Source: an uncultured Flavobacterium sp.
GTDB lineage: Bacteria > Bacteroidota > Bacteroidia > Flavobacteriales > Flavobacteriaceae
Direction of reading: 5' to 3'
Assembly (NCBI GenBank): GCA_963924965.1
Contig: CAWURM010000022.1
Span: 1 to 62,750, forward strand
Length of the DNA stretch: 62,750 nt
In this document: positions 50,124 to 62,624 of the stretch, piece by piece
Numbering within the stretch: position 1 is the stretch's first letter
How the letters are laid out: every line of letters begins with the position of its first letter
Position numbers and translations under genes: made by a program
Notes under the pieces: model-generated
What the model saw: only the letters and a program-made list of their open reading frames with translations
What the model was told of the DNA's origin: nothing
Database searches by the model: none

Positions 50124-50507
50124 TTATGAAAGTACAGCCGTAAATTCTATTTCAACAAGATATTCTGGCGATACTAATTTGCTAATTTCATAAAAGCCAG
50201 TAGTAGGTTTTACTTCTTTAAAGAATGCTGCGTGGGCAGTAGCTACAGCTTCAAATGAATTAATATCTGTCGTAAAAATGCGGGTACGAATCACATCTTT
50301 CATACTGGCATTGAGGTCTTGCAGTACTTTTTCAACTCGTTCTAATATATTGAATGTTTGCGCGTAGGCGTCCGTCGCTTTTACTTTTTCTCCATCTACA
50401 ATTGCTACTGTTCCTGAAACCTCAATTATGTTTCCAATGCGTACTGCTCGGCAATAACCCATTTTGTCTTCCCAAGGTGAACCGGTAAGAATATTTTCTC
50501 TTTTCAT
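50124..50507 (-). CDS. RidA/YjgF-family protein
   Basis: WEDKMGYCRAVR, VSGT, LVEIE. Confidence 0.9.
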   Translation of the reverse strand: MKRENILTGSPWEDKMGYCRAVRIGNIIEVSGTVAIVDGEKVKATDAYAQTFNILERVEKVLQDLNASMKDVIRTRIFTTDINSFEAVATAHAAFFKEVKPTTGFYEISKLVSPEYLVEIEFTAVLS

Positions 50508-50707
50508 TTTATTTGGTATTTGTGGATTGATTTTCTCTCAAAATAAATTTTGGTATATTTTTTGCAATTTAGAAAATAATCAGAAAGTAAAAAACATTGA
50601 TTTTGGATTAAAATGTTCGATTTTTTCTTCAACGAAATATTTTTTAAAGTTTATAGTTATTAAAGGAAGCGTACCAAATTGATGCGATTTTTTAATATAA
50701 AAAAAAA

Positions 50708-51304
50708 GTGATGAGTAAATATAAAAGAGGTCTTAAGCAATTTGTTCTTTTGTTTTTCTTTTTTGGAGTAATTTTCAAGGGGTATTCGCAAGAAGAGTTT
50801 GGAACAAAGTTTAAAGCGATTGTTCCTAAAAGTAAAGAGGCGAAAGCAAAGCCAGTAGTTCCTCCTATAGCAGGTCCACCTACTGTAAAGCCCTACATTG
50901 CTTCTCCTTTACCTGAAAATAATTTTATAGTACCTAGTAATGGCATCTTGAGATCATCAAAAATGTATCGCAGAAATCAAGATTTGGGGAATTATAAAAC
51001 GACTTCAAAAAAAGCAAGAGTTCAATATCGTGATGGAGCTTATGTAGATGGGGATCGTATCCGAATTTATGTAAATTATAAAGTGATAGATTATGATTTG
51101 CTTTTAGACGGTAACTTTAAAGGATTTGAAATTCAACTGGATAAAGGAGTAAATAGAATCGATTTTGAAGCCTTAAATGAAGGTTTTGCAGCTCCTAATA
51201 CTGCCGAATTTCAAGTATTTGATGATAAGGGTCAGTTGATTTCTTCGAGTCAATGGAATATTGGTCAAGGTTTTAAAGCTACTATAATAATTGACAAGCA
51301 ATAA
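50708..51304 (+). CDS. Secreted hypothetical protein, paralog A
   Basis: Signal peptide, Pro-rich linker, DGDRIR...EALNEG...PNTA domain. Confidence 0.8.
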   Translation: MMSKYKRGLKQFVLLFFFFGVIFKGYSQEEFGTKFKAIVPKSKEAKAKPVVPPIAGPPTVKPYIASPLPENNFIVPSNGILRSSKMYRRNQDLGNYKTTSKKARVQYRDGAYVDGDRIRIYVNYKVIDYDLLLDGNFKGFEIQLDKGVNRIDFEALNEGFAAPNTAEFQVFDDKGQLISSSQWNIGQGFKATIIIDKQ

Positions 51305-51476
51305 AATTGGTTTACAAGAAATGAAAGTAGATCAAACAAGATGTAGAAAGGTAGTTTTTCAGCGGAATAAGGTTAAATTTTTTTTAATGTTCGGCTTAGG
51401 TTTTGTTTTCTAAAAAGAAAGCTTGGTATATTTGTCGAAACTTGATAGTTAGGATTAAAAAGCAAAGAGGTATAGT

Positions 51477-52178
51477 ATGAAGCAGATATTATGGATTATT
51501 ATGATGAGTTTCGCAATAAGCGGCTATTCTCAAACTGAGTTTGGTTCTAAATTTAAAGTAATCCCCCCTTTGGATACAAGTGTTAAAACTAAAAAACCGA
51601 CTGCCTTACCAGCTGCACAACCTGATATAGTTGCACCTAATATTCTCAAAAAACCAGAAACCAAGCTTCCAAGTACGACATTTAATATTGGTAATCCCGA
51701 TCCTGTTTCTATGATTAAAACCAATGATTTCGTAAATCCTAATGATGAACTTAGAGATCGATTGAATAAAAATGTCGATAAATCATTAGTTAATAATGGT
51801 TTGAAAGAAGATACATCATATTTAAATCTAAAAGACTTGGATTTTGGAGTAATCCGAACTAAATCTAAAAATTTAGTAATTCGAGTACGTGATTATGGTG
51901 CTATAGATGGTGATTTAATAAAAGCAACTATCATTCGAAGTTATAAAAGCACCGTTTTAGCGAATAATTTGTATTTAGATTCCAATTTCAAGGACATAAA
52001 AATAGAATTGCAAGAAGGTTTAAATTATCTGGAATTAGAAGCATTGAATCGTGGAGCCTTAGGCGGTAATACAGGTGCTTTTTATGTCTATGATAGTGAG
52101 GGAAAGCTGCTGTTATCAGATTTGTGGAATAATTTTGACAAAGGTGTAAAGTCTAAATTCACCTTTGTGAAAGAATAA
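51477..52178 (+). CDS. Secreted hypothetical protein, paralog B
   Basis: GYSQTEFGSKFK start and DGDLIK...EALNRG...GNTG shared with paralog A. Confidence 0.8.
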   Translation: MKQILWIIMMSFAISGYSQTEFGSKFKVIPPLDTSVKTKKPTALPAAQPDIVAPNILKKPETKLPSTTFNIGNPDPVSMIKTNDFVNPNDELRDRLNKNVDKSLVNNGLKEDTSYLNLKDLDFGVIRTKSKNLVIRVRDYGAIDGDLIKATIIRSYKSTVLANNLYLDSNFKDIKIELQEGLNYLELEALNRGALGGNTGAFYVYDSEGKLLLSDLWNNFDKGVKSKFTFVKE

Positions 52179-52196
52179 CATTTGTATTCTTTACTA

Positions 52197-52724
52197 TTAA
52201 AAAGGATCAGCTGTCACACTGAATTTCATTTCTGCTTTTACCGTTATATCAGTCGTTAATGACTCTTTGATAACTGCTTCGGTTCGTAATTTATAACTAG
52301 AAGCTTTAATGTATTTATCTAATTTTGCTCCCGTTGGAGTAAGTGTTATTGAGTTTGTGCTAGCATTTATATTATCTAAATAGGCTAACTCAATTTCGTC
52401 ATTTGCATCTGTTGAAATATAGATATGAATGGATTTTAAAAAACTAAAGGTCTTATTGGTAGGGTTCGTAATGCTCAACTTCAATTCTTTTAACTTTACA
52501 TCTTTAACTAAATTAGCCTTTGTATTGTTATTTTCAAATTCGGCACTTGAATTAGTTGGCACATCTGGTGTAACAATGCCACTGGCTATATTAAGCGGGA
52601 AATTACTAGCTATCTTAAATTCAGTTTGATTAGATACAGTAAAAGTGAGTAAATTGTCAATGACGCTGCAAGAAGAAACAACTAGAGTTAAAAAGCAGAT
52701 AATGAGGTATGATTTTGTTTTCAT
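52197..52724 (-). CDS. Hypothetical lipoprotein
   Basis: Start re-called at MKTKS; lipobox VSSC; FSFLKSIHIYIS. Confidence 0.78.
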   Translation of the reverse strand: MKTKSYLIICFLTLVVSSCSVIDNLLTFTVSNQTEFKIASNFPLNIASGIVTPDVPTNSSAEFENNNTKANLVKDVKLKELKLSITNPTNKTFSFLKSIHIYISTDANDEIELAYLDNINASTNSITLTPTGAKLDKYIKASSYKLRTEAVIKESLTTDITVKAEMKFSVTADPF

Positions 52725-52952
52725 TTTTTTTATTGGGAAATTGATATTGGGGACAAAAAAGCGAGATGCCTCTAATGGCAAGCAAAGATAGTTATTTTAA
52801 AAGCATACTAAAAGATTGATTTGCATTTTAACAAAGCAAGTATTCATTCTTTTTTAGAGGATTTTATTGCCATATCAAATGGTCTTTGAAAAAAAAAAAA
52901 TATTTTTCAAATTTCAATTTTTCAATTCCGAATATAAAAAGTATTTTTGCGC

Positions 52953-54482
52953 ATGCAACACAACGTACTTATTTTAGATTTCGGATCGCAATATACACAG
53001 CTTATTGCGCGTAGAGTTCGCGAATTAAATATATTCTGCGAAATTTTCCCTTACAATCATTTTCCGAGTGATTTATCAAGTTATAAAGCCGTAATTTTAG
53101 GAGGAAGTCCTTTTTCTGTTAGAGGAGAAGATGCACCTCATCCTGATTTGTCTCAAATTAGAGGAAAATTACCCATGTTAGCCGTATGTTACGGTGCCCA
53201 ATACTTAGCACACTTTAGTGGTGGTGAAGTAGCAGCATCGAATACGAGAGAATATGGTAGAGCAAATTTATCTTATATAAAAGAAGAAGAGATTTTCTTT
53301 GATGGAGTTGACGTTAACAGTCAAGTTTGGATGAGTCATAGTGATAGTATCAAAGCACTTCCTACTAATGGAGTAAAGCTTGCAAGTACACATGATGTGG
53401 AATTTGCGGCTTACAAGATCGAAGGAGAAACTACCTACGCAATACAATACCATCCAGAAGTTTTCCATTCTACTGATGGAGCAAAAATGTTAGAGAATTT
53501 TTTAGTCAAAATAGCCGAAGTTCCTCAAAATTTCACACCGAATGCCTTTGTTGAAGAAATGGTTGCTGAATTGAAAGAGAAGTTACAAGATGATAAAGTA
53601 GTTCTTGGACTTTCTGGTGGAGTAGATTCAACTGTAGCAGCTGTTTTATTGCATCAAGCTATTGGTAAAAATCTATATTGCATTTTTGTAAATAACGGAT
53701 TACTTCGTAAAAACGAATTCCAAAGCGTATTAGATCAATATGAAGGAATGGGATTGAATGTCAAAGGTGTAGATGCTTCTCAGCGTTTTTATGATGCTTT
53801 AGCAGGAGTAACTGATCCAGAGTTGAAAAGAAAAGCTATTGGTAATGCTTTTATTGAAGTTTTTGATGACGAATCACATAAAATTGAAGATGTTACTTGG
53901 TTAGCGCAAGGAACAATATATCCTGACGTAATCGAATCAGTTTCTGTAAAAGGACCATCAGCAACGATTAAATCGCACCATAATGTTGGTGGATTGCCGG
54001 ATTATATGAAATTGAAAATTGTTGAACCTTTACGTATGCTTTTCAAAGACGAAGTGAGAAGAGTAGGAGCGAGTTTAGGAATTGATCCTGAATTATTAGG
54101 AAGACACCCTTTTCCAGGACCGGGATTATCAATTCGAATTTTAGGAGATATTACTTTAGAAAAAGTTCAAATTTTACAAGATGTAGATAAAGTTTTTATT
54201 GACGGATTGAAATCTTGGGGATTATACGATAAAGTATGGCAAGCAGGAGCTATATTGCTTCCGGTGAACAGTGTAGGTGTAATGGGTGATGAGCGTACTT
54301 ATGAAAAAGTAGTGGCGCTTCGAGCTGTTGAATCTACAGATGGTATGACTGCTGACTGGGTTCATTTGCCTTATGATTTCTTGATGAAAGTCTCTAATGA
54401 TATCATTAACAAAGTAAAAGGGGTGAATAGAGTTGTATACGATATTAGTTCAAAGCCACCTGCAACTATAGAGTGGGAATAA
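52953..54482 (+). CDS. guaA: GMP synthase (glutamine-hydrolysing)
   Basis: [47 protein letters not shown]. Confidence 0.97.
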   Translation: MQHNVLILDFGSQYTQLIARRVRELNIFCEIFPYNHFPSDLSSYKAVILGGSPFSVRGEDAPHPDLSQIRGKLPMLAVCYGAQYLAHFSGGEVAASNTREYGRANLSYIKEEEIFFDGVDVNSQVWMSHSDSIKALPTNGVKLASTHDVEFAAYKIEGETTYAIQYHPEVFHSTDGAKMLENFLVKIAEVPQNFTPNAFVEEMVAELKEKLQDDKVVLGLSGGVDSTVAAVLLHQAIGKNLYCIFVNNGLLRKNEFQSVLDQYEGMGLNVKGVDASQRFYDALAGVTDPELKRKAIGNAFIEVFDDESHKIEDVTWLAQGTIYPDVIESVSVKGPSATIKSHHNVGGLPDYMKLKIVEPLRMLFKDEVRRVGASLGIDPELLGRHPFPGPGLSIRILGDITLEKVQILQDVDKVFIDGLKSWGLYDKVWQAGAILLPVNSVGVMGDERTYEKVVALRAVESTDGMTADWVHLPYDFLMKVSNDIINKVKGVNRVVYDISSKPPATIEWE

Positions 54483-54534
54483 AAGATAATGTTTTTGATT
54501 TGTATGAATCGTTAACTTTACTATAATTATAGAG

Positions 54535-54572
54535 ACGGTATCAGATTTTGGAATAAAATTTGATACCGTTTT
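54535..54572 (+). terminator. Hairpin/terminator after guaA
   Basis: ACGGTATCAGATTTT-ggaat-AAAATTTGATACCGTTTT. Confidence 0.65.
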
Positions 54573-54610
54573 CTTATCTTTGATTCAATAATTTTACACC
54601 CATAATAATT

Positions 54611-56557
54611 ATGAAATATTTTTTTGCGATTTGTATTACCGTATTTATGTCATTTAATCGTGCTTCTTCTCAAGAGAAAACAATTACTCATAAAGTAGAA
54701 AAAGGAGAGACAATTGGCCAAATTGCACAAAAATATCAAGTGACGCCCTTTGATATTTACCAATTAAACCCCGACGCCCAAAGTGGTTTGAAACCCAATA
54801 GTGTTTTGCTGATTCAAAATAAGTCTGGAGTAAAAACAGTAAAAAGTAACAGCAAACCGAAAGAAGGTACTCATGAAGTAGCTCCAAAGGAAACATTGTA
54901 CGGAATTGAAAAAAAATATGGCGTATCAGATGATGATTTGAAAAAAGCAAATCCTTTTCTTGAAAAAGAAGGCTTGCAAATAGGACAGATTTTAGTTATT
55001 CCTTCCAATAGTAAGTTAAAAGCAGCAACTGTAAGTAAACCAGTAATGCCTATTCAAGAAAAATACCTGTATCATGACGTGCTTCCTAAAGAAACTAAAT
55101 ATTCAATTGCAAAGCAGTATGGACTATCTATTGCAGAATTAGAAAAGCGCAATCCAGATATAGTTGCTAATTTACCAATTGGCTATAGACTAACCATTAA
55201 AGGAAATGCGCCAAAAGCATTGGAGCAGGTTGAAGTAAAAAAAGAAGTAGTCAAGCAAAGTTCAATTGCCACGACAAATGATGTTAAGTACTCAACATAT
55301 GAGGTACAGCCCAAAGAGACACTGTATAGTTTGTCAAAAACATATGGACTAAGTCAAGAAGATTTTATAACTCTTAATCCAGAGCTTAAAAATGGAGTTG
55401 AAATAGGGATGATTTTAAAGGTTCCTGCTAAAACGGTTGTTGTTAATGGGGAAAGAAAAGAATATGCAGCGTTAACCAAAAACAATAATTTAGCTTTCCG
55501 TAAAAGAATGGTTTTATTATTACCATTTAATATTCCTTTAATTGAAAGTGATACCATTAATTCTAATGCATCTCGCTTAAAGAAGGATAAGTTTTTGAAT
55601 ATGACATTGGATTTTTATGCAGGTGCGTTGATGGCGATCGATTCGGCTAAAACATTGGGACTTCCTGTTGATATAGAGATATATGACTCTCAGGAAACTA
55701 AAAACAGTTCTACTGTAGCTTCAATTATTCAAAAGAATAACCTAAACACTGCTAATGCTGTAATTGGTCCGTTTTATCAAAGCAATGCTGAGGTAGCTGC
55801 TCAATTGTTGAGTGTAAATAATATTCCTGTAATTTCACCCCTTTCAAAAGATATTGGAAATCCGTATGCTAATTTATATCAAACGATTCCAACAAGTGAA
55901 GCGATAAAAAACACCATGTTTAAATATATGAGAGATCATAATGGCAATATCATGGCGGTTGTCGATAAGAAAAAAGAGTCTATAATTCAATATCTAAAAG
56001 AATATCAAAAAGACATTCCGTTTGTAGCCTTCAAAGAAAATGGCAGCGTTTCAGCAGAGAGTTTAAAAAGCATGCTGCAAAAAGGGAAAATGAATTATGT
56101 GGTAATGGAAACTGGAAATACCTGGATGATAAAAACAACAATTGCTGCTATGATAAGTGCTATGCCGGATTATCAAGTTCAATTAGTGATTCTGGAGCCA
56201 AATGAAACGTTAGATTTCGATGAAATTAAATTTTCAAATTTGATTAAATTAAAATTAATGTACCCAACTGTGGTTCGTGATAATAATACGCCTCAAGGCA
56301 TTGTTTTTGAAAAAGAATTTAAAAAATTAAATGCAGTTTATCCTAATGATTTTGCAACACGTGGTTTTGACGTTACTTTCGATACTTTGATGCGATTAGC
56401 TCAAAACACCACTTTTGAAGAAACGGTCAACACTACCGCGACTAAGCAAGTTAAGAATAGGTTTGAGTATTATAAAAAAGAAAATGGAGGATATACGAAT
56501 AAAGGTGTTTTTATTATGTACTATGATTCCGATTTAACAATGAAAGAAGCATTCTAA
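54611..56557 (+). CDS. Four-LysM peptidoglycan-binding protein with C-terminal periplasmic-binding-protein type 1 domain
   Basis: HKVEKGET, HEVAPKET, HDVLPKET, YEVQPKET repeats; LLLPF, DFYAG, VIGP, RGFDV. Confidence 0.9.
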   Translation: MKYFFAICITVFMSFNRASSQEKTITHKVEKGETIGQIAQKYQVTPFDIYQLNPDAQSGLKPNSVLLIQNKSGVKTVKSNSKPKEGTHEVAPKETLYGIEKKYGVSDDDLKKANPFLEKEGLQIGQILVIPSNSKLKAATVSKPVMPIQEKYLYHDVLPKETKYSIAKQYGLSIAELEKRNPDIVANLPIGYRLTIKGNAPKALEQVEVKKEVVKQSSIATTNDVKYSTYEVQPKETLYSLSKTYGLSQEDFITLNPELKNGVEIGMILKVPAKTVVVNGERKEYAALTKNNNLAFRKRMVLLLPFNIPLIESDTINSNASRLKKDKFLNMTLDFYAGALMAIDSAKTLGLPVDIEIYDSQETKNSSTVASIIQKNNLNTANAVIGPFYQSNAEVAAQLLSVNNIPVISPLSKDIGNPYANLYQTIPTSEAIKNTMFKYMRDHNGNIMAVVDKKKESIIQYLKEYQKDIPFVAFKENGSVSAESLKSMLQKGKMNYVVMETGNTWMIKTTIAAMISAMPDYQVQLVILEPNETLDFDEIKFSNLIKLKLMYPTVVRDNNTPQGIVFEKEFKKLNAVYPNDFATRGFDVTFDTLMRLAQNTTFEETVNTTATKQVKNRFEYYKKENGGYTNKGVFIMYYDSDLTMKEAF

Positions 56558-56958
56558 TGACATCAAAAGTAACCTACATTGGTGATTTAAGGACATCATC
56601 CATTCATTTACAATCAGGAAATGAAATAATTTCCGATGCCCCTTTAGATAACAACGGAAAAGGAGAGGCTTTTTCGCCAACAGATACTGTTGCAAATGCA
56701 TTAGCTAGTTGCATGATGACTGTTATGGGGATAAAAGCCCGAGATTTACATATTGAATTGACTGGATCTACTGCTGAAGTAACAAAAATCATGAATGCAG
56801 AGCCAAGAAGAATTGGAGCAATTGAAATCGTTTTTAATATGAGTGTCGATCTAGATCAAAAAAACAAAACTATTTTAGAAAGAACAGCGATGACTTGCCC
56901 AGTTTTTCTGAGTTTGAATGTGGAAATAGAGAAGCGAATTACTTTTAATTGGAAATAA
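56557..56958 (+). CDS. OsmC-family protein
   Basis: DAPLDNNGKGEAFSPTD, ALASC, CPV. Confidence 0.9.
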   Translation: MTSKVTYIGDLRTSSIHLQSGNEIISDAPLDNNGKGEAFSPTDTVANALASCMMTVMGIKARDLHIELTGSTAEVTKIMNAEPRRIGAIEIVFNMSVDLDQKNKTILERTAMTCPVFLSLNVEIEKRITFNWK

Positions 56959-57044
56959 ATAGAAGTACATGGCAAGAGTTAAAAGCAGGTTTTTTTTAAA
57001 AAATTAGGCAATTTAACTCTTGCTTTTTTTTCGAATAGTAAAAA

Positions 57045-57278
57045 ATGGATAAAAATCAAGAACAGTTAATCAAACTCGCTCATACTAAAATGCCATTTGG
57101 TAAATACGAAGGGTGGTATTTAATAAGTTTGCCAGAGTACTATGTAGTGTGGTATCACAATAAAGGGTTTCCAAAAGGGGAACTAGGGGAGCAATTAAAA
57201 TTGATTTATGAGCTAAAATTAAATGGACTAGAAGAATTGATACATAATATCAAAAAAAGATATCCTAAACAGCATTAA
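57045..57278 (+). CDS. DUF3820-family protein
   Basis: MPFGKY, LPEYYVVW, GFPKGELG, ELKLNGL. Confidence 0.88.
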   Translation: MDKNQEQLIKLAHTKMPFGKYEGWYLISLPEYYVVWYHNKGFPKGELGEQLKLIYELKLNGLEELIHNIKKRYPKQH

Positions 57279-57322
57279 TTTATGAAATTAATGCTGTTTT
57301 TATTTTGAAATAGTTCGAGTAA

Positions 57323-59044
<1,722 letters not shown>

Positions 59045-59146
59045 AATAATTAATAGTAGTTAGTGTTAAAATAACACAACGCAAGAATACTAATTGTAGT
59101 GAGTTTCTAAATGAGCTCCAAACATTAAACTTTGAAGAAAAACATA

Positions 59147-61045
59147 ATGGAAGAAAAAAAATTTGACCCTAATTCGATAATTGGTTTTATATTGATATTT
59201 GGGATATTAATATGGATAATGTACAATAACCAGCCAACTGAGAAAGAGTTAGCTGCTGAAAAAGTCAAAAAAGAACTAGTTGTACAAGAAGCTAAAACCA
59301 AAGAAGAGGCTTCAAAAACAATAGCGGTTCCCGCTGCAGTTGCAGTTGGAGATACAGTACAAATGGCTCAATTACAAAAGTCTTTGGGGAGTTTTGCTTA
59401 TTCTGCAGCACTTCCATCTGCTAAAGAAGCTTTTACTACTATTGAGAATAAAGTGGTAAAATTAAAAATCGCTAATAAAGGAGGTTATATTGTTGAGGCT
59501 ACTTTGAAAAATTTCGAAAGATTTAAGAAAGGATCAGGGGAATTAGTTAAGCTAATTAAGGACAATAATGCCAATTTAAATATTCAGTTGCTTACCAGTG
59601 ATAATCATACTCTAAATACTAAAGATTTATTTTTCGAGCCAACATTGACAAAAAATGGCGAAGACCAAATTTTGACAATGCGTCTAAAATCAGCAGATAA
59701 TCAATATTTAGAATATAAATATGTATTGAAAGCAGATGATTATATGCTTGATTTTGATGTTAAATCGCAAGGTTTAAGTGCTGTATTAAATACCTCAAAA
59801 CCATTAAAATTAGAGTGGGACTTAAAGGGTTATTCCAATGAAAAAAGTATAACTACTGAAAACCGTTATTCGGAGATGTACTATGAGCATAAAGATGGGA
59901 AAAGTGACTATATGGGCTCTGGTAATGATAAAACAGAAAATGTAGAGGGCGTTTCATATATAGCTTACAAGCAGCATTTCTTTTCATCTATATTATTGAC
60001 AAGTACTCCTTTTGAAAAGGCTGAACTGTATTCTAATAATTTAGAAGGAGGAGATAATGTAGATACTACTTATACGAAACAATTTAAGGCAACTGTTCCA
60101 TTAGCTTTTAGAAATGGAGAAATTGACCAAAAAATGAATTGGTATTATGGTCCAACAGATTATAAAACGTTGAAATCATATGATAGAAATTTAGAGGATA
60201 TTGTTGCATTAGGTTGGGGAATTTTTGGTTGGATCAACCGTCATGCTTTCATTCCTATGTTTGGATTTTTATCATTGTTTATCTCGCAAGGTTGGGCTAT
60301 CGTTTTATTCACAATCTTAGTGAAATTAGTAATGTCGCCAATTACCTATAAATCATTTTTGTCGCAAGCAAAAATGAAGGTTTTGAGACCAGAAATCGCT
60401 GAATTGGGTGATAAGTTTAAAAAAGACCCAATGAAGAAGCAACAAGAAACAATGAAGTTGTATAATAAGGCGGGGGTGAACCCAATGGCTGGTTGTGTGC
60501 CAGGATTATTGCAAATGCCGGTATTTTATGCCTTATTTCAATTTTTTCCTTCAGCAATCAGCTTAAGACAAAAAGGGTTTTTATGGGCGGATGATTTATC
60601 TTCTTATGATTCAGTTTATGAATTACCATTTCATATTCCAGCTTACGGAAATCACATAAGTTTGTTTCCTATTTTAGCTTCTATTGCTATTTTCTTTTAT
60701 ATGAAAATGACTACTGGAGATCAGCAAATGGCAGCTCCTCAACAAGAAGGAATGCCGGATATGGCAAAAATGATGAAAATCATGATTTATGTATCACCTT
60801 TAATGATGTTGCTTTTCTTTAATAATTACGCAGCTGGGTTGAGTTTGTATTATTTTATATCGAACTCAATTACAATAGGAATTATGCTTGTTATTAAAAA
60901 TTATATCATCGATAGTGATAAAATTCATGCTCAAATTCAAGAAAATAAATTGAAAGAGCCCAAAAAACAAGGTAAGTTTCAAAGAAAATTACAAGAAGTT
61001 ATGGAACAACAAGAAGCTCTAAAAGCAGAACAAAAAAAGAAATAA
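59147..61045 (+). CDS. yidC: Membrane protein insertase YidC
   Basis: YYGP, LGWGIFGW, GVNPMAGCVP, FLWADDLS, GLSLYY. Confidence 0.95.
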   Translation: MEEKKFDPNSIIGFILIFGILIWIMYNNQPTEKELAAEKVKKELVVQEAKTKEEASKTIAVPAAVAVGDTVQMAQLQKSLGSFAYSAALPSAKEAFTTIENKVVKLKIANKGGYIVEATLKNFERFKKGSGELVKLIKDNNANLNIQLLTSDNHTLNTKDLFFEPTLTKNGEDQILTMRLKSADNQYLEYKYVLKADDYMLDFDVKSQGLSAVLNTSKPLKLEWDLKGYSNEKSITTENRYSEMYYEHKDGKSDYMGSGNDKTENVEGVSYIAYKQHFFSSILLTSTPFEKAELYSNNLEGGDNVDTTYTKQFKATVPLAFRNGEIDQKMNWYYGPTDYKTLKSYDRNLEDIVALGWGIFGWINRHAFIPMFGFLSLFISQGWAIVLFTILVKLVMSPITYKSFLSQAKMKVLRPEIAELGDKFKKDPMKKQQETMKLYNKAGVNPMAGCVPGLLQMPVFYALFQFFPSAISLRQKGFLWADDLSSYDSVYELPFHIPAYGNHISLFPILASIAIFFYMKMTTGDQQMAAPQQEGMPDMAKMMKIMIYVSPLMMLLFFNNYAAGLSLYYFISNSITIGIMLVIKNYIIDSDKIHAQIQENKLKEPKKQGKFQRKLQEVMEQQEALKAEQKKK

Positions 61046-61051
61046 TATATA

Positions 61052-61081
61052 AAAAAAGCTCCTAGAAATAGGAGCTTTTTT
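61052..61081. terminator. Bidirectional terminator
   Basis: AAAAAAGCTCCTA-gaaa-TAGGAGCTTTTT. Confidence 0.8.
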
Positions 61082-61099
61082 AGTTTTAGCATAAAATGT

Positions 61100-62062
61100 C
61101 TATAGAACAGGCAATAGTACTTTATCCAAAACGTGTATTACACCATTAGAACACTGTACATCTGTAAAAATGATGTTTGAATTTCTATTATTAGCGTCTT
61201 TTATTTTTGCACCTCCACTAAGCAGTACAGTGAATGTTTGTGCTGGGGTTAGTATAGGAGTTACAACTTGACCTTCTGTTAAAGTAGATGCTAAGACATT
61301 GGCTGGGCTCACCACGTGGTATTGCAATACCTTAGTTAAATTAGCTGCAGAAACACTTGCTATTCCTCCAGGAGCTAATTCAGTATTCAATGCAGTAAAA
61401 GCTGCATTTGTAGGCGCAAATACAGTAAATGGACCTGCACCCGACAGTATCGATACAAAGTTGGGTTGTCCTTGTCCAGTTAAGGCGCCAACAAGTGAAG
61501 TGAAATTTGGGTTAGCAGTAGCGTGAGTTACTATCGTAGGTAAACCAATGACTTTGTCTACAACGTGAATTACTCCGTTACTTGCCATAATGTCTGGGGT
61601 TATTACGGTCGCTGTGCCGTTTAGTTTTACACCTGCGCTTGTATTTACATACATGTTTAGTGTGTTGGAGGAGGAGGCTGTTCCTTTAGCTAAAGTTTTG
61701 ATGTAACCGGTTGTTAATGCTGACGCAGTCAACTTGGTGGTGATTACATGATTTAGTAAAATTTCAGTAAGAGCTGCTTTAGGTACATCGTTGATGGTTG
61801 CATAGGGCGTTGTTGCAAGAAAAGCTGTGAAAGCTGCATTGGTAGGGGCAAATACAGTATACTCACCGCTAGCTTGTAATGTAGTGGTTAATTCTGCTTT
61901 TTGAAGTGCTTGCACTAAAATACTTAAATCTGGAGTTTTTAGGGCAAGTCCAGTAATAGTAGTGTCTTCGGGTGTAACTGTGTCATCGTTGTTGCACGAG
62001 ATAAACAAAACCATTGCAATTAAAATTAAAGCTAAATTCTTGATTTGGATTACATTTTTCAT
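61100..62062 (-). CDS. Fasciclin (2x FAS1) lipoprotein
   Basis: Lipobox FISC; two TVFAPTNAAF and two NGVIHV.DKV motifs. Confidence 0.93.
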   Translation of the reverse strand: MKNVIQIKNLALILIAMVLFISCNNDDTVTPEDTTITGLALKTPDLSILVQALQKAELTTTLQASGEYTVFAPTNAAFTAFLATTPYATINDVPKAALTEILLNHVITTKLTASALTTGYIKTLAKGTASSSNTLNMYVNTSAGVKLNGTATVITPDIMASNGVIHVVDKVIGLPTIVTHATANPNFTSLVGALTGQGQPNFVSILSGAGPFTVFAPTNAAFTALNTELAPGGIASVSAANLTKVLQYHVVSPANVLASTLTEGQVVTPILTPAQTFTVLLSGGAKIKDANNRNSNIIFTDVQCSNGVIHVLDKVLLPVL

Positions 62063-62111
62063 AATATATTAGTTTAAGATTTAATCTAAATTACATATTA
62101 TTTTTTACTTA

Positions 62112-62272
62112 TTGTTTAAAAAAAAATAAAAAAGAATAAACAAATGTATAATTTATGATTTTATTTTATATTGTTTAACTTTTTAAAGACATCAATAAAT
62201 CAGTCAGTTAGCTATTTTTTGCAATCTATACATGATTTTATTGTTTATTTATAAATATAAAAAATTAAACAA
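62112..62272. promoter_or_regulatory. Repeated TTGTTTA-N18-TAAACAA inverted-repeat sites
   Basis: Perfect at 62112-62143 and 62241-62272, degenerate at 62171-62202. Confidence 0.55.
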
Positions 62273-62432
62273 AATATTTAAATTATTGGAAAGGGTTGAT
62301 TTGGACTTTTTCTTCTTTCCTTAATTATTGGTTTTAGTGGAAACAGAATGAAATATTTGTGGTTTTTGATGTATTAAAATGTAAATTTGTTACCAGATAT
62401 AGTACGAAGATGCTAGTTAATATTTTGAAGTT

Positions 62433-62624
62433 ATGAAGATCCTTAAGTTGTGTTTTTTTTATTTTTTGATTACCATCCTTTTCGGTCAAACGATATGGGC
62501 TCAAACAGATTATAACAAAGTAGATGTGCAAGGAAAAAAGCACGGCGTTTGGAAAGGTGTTTATGAGGAATCTAAAAGACCTAGATATGAAGGTAGTTTT
62601 GTACATGGTAAAGAAACCGGACTT
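62433..62624 (+). CDS. N-terminus of a secreted MORN-variant/YwqK-like repeat protein, interrupted
   Basis: Hand translation MKILKLCFFYFLITILFGQTIWAQTDYNKVDVQGKKHGVWKGVYEESKRPRYEGSFVHGKETGL. Confidence 0.75.
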
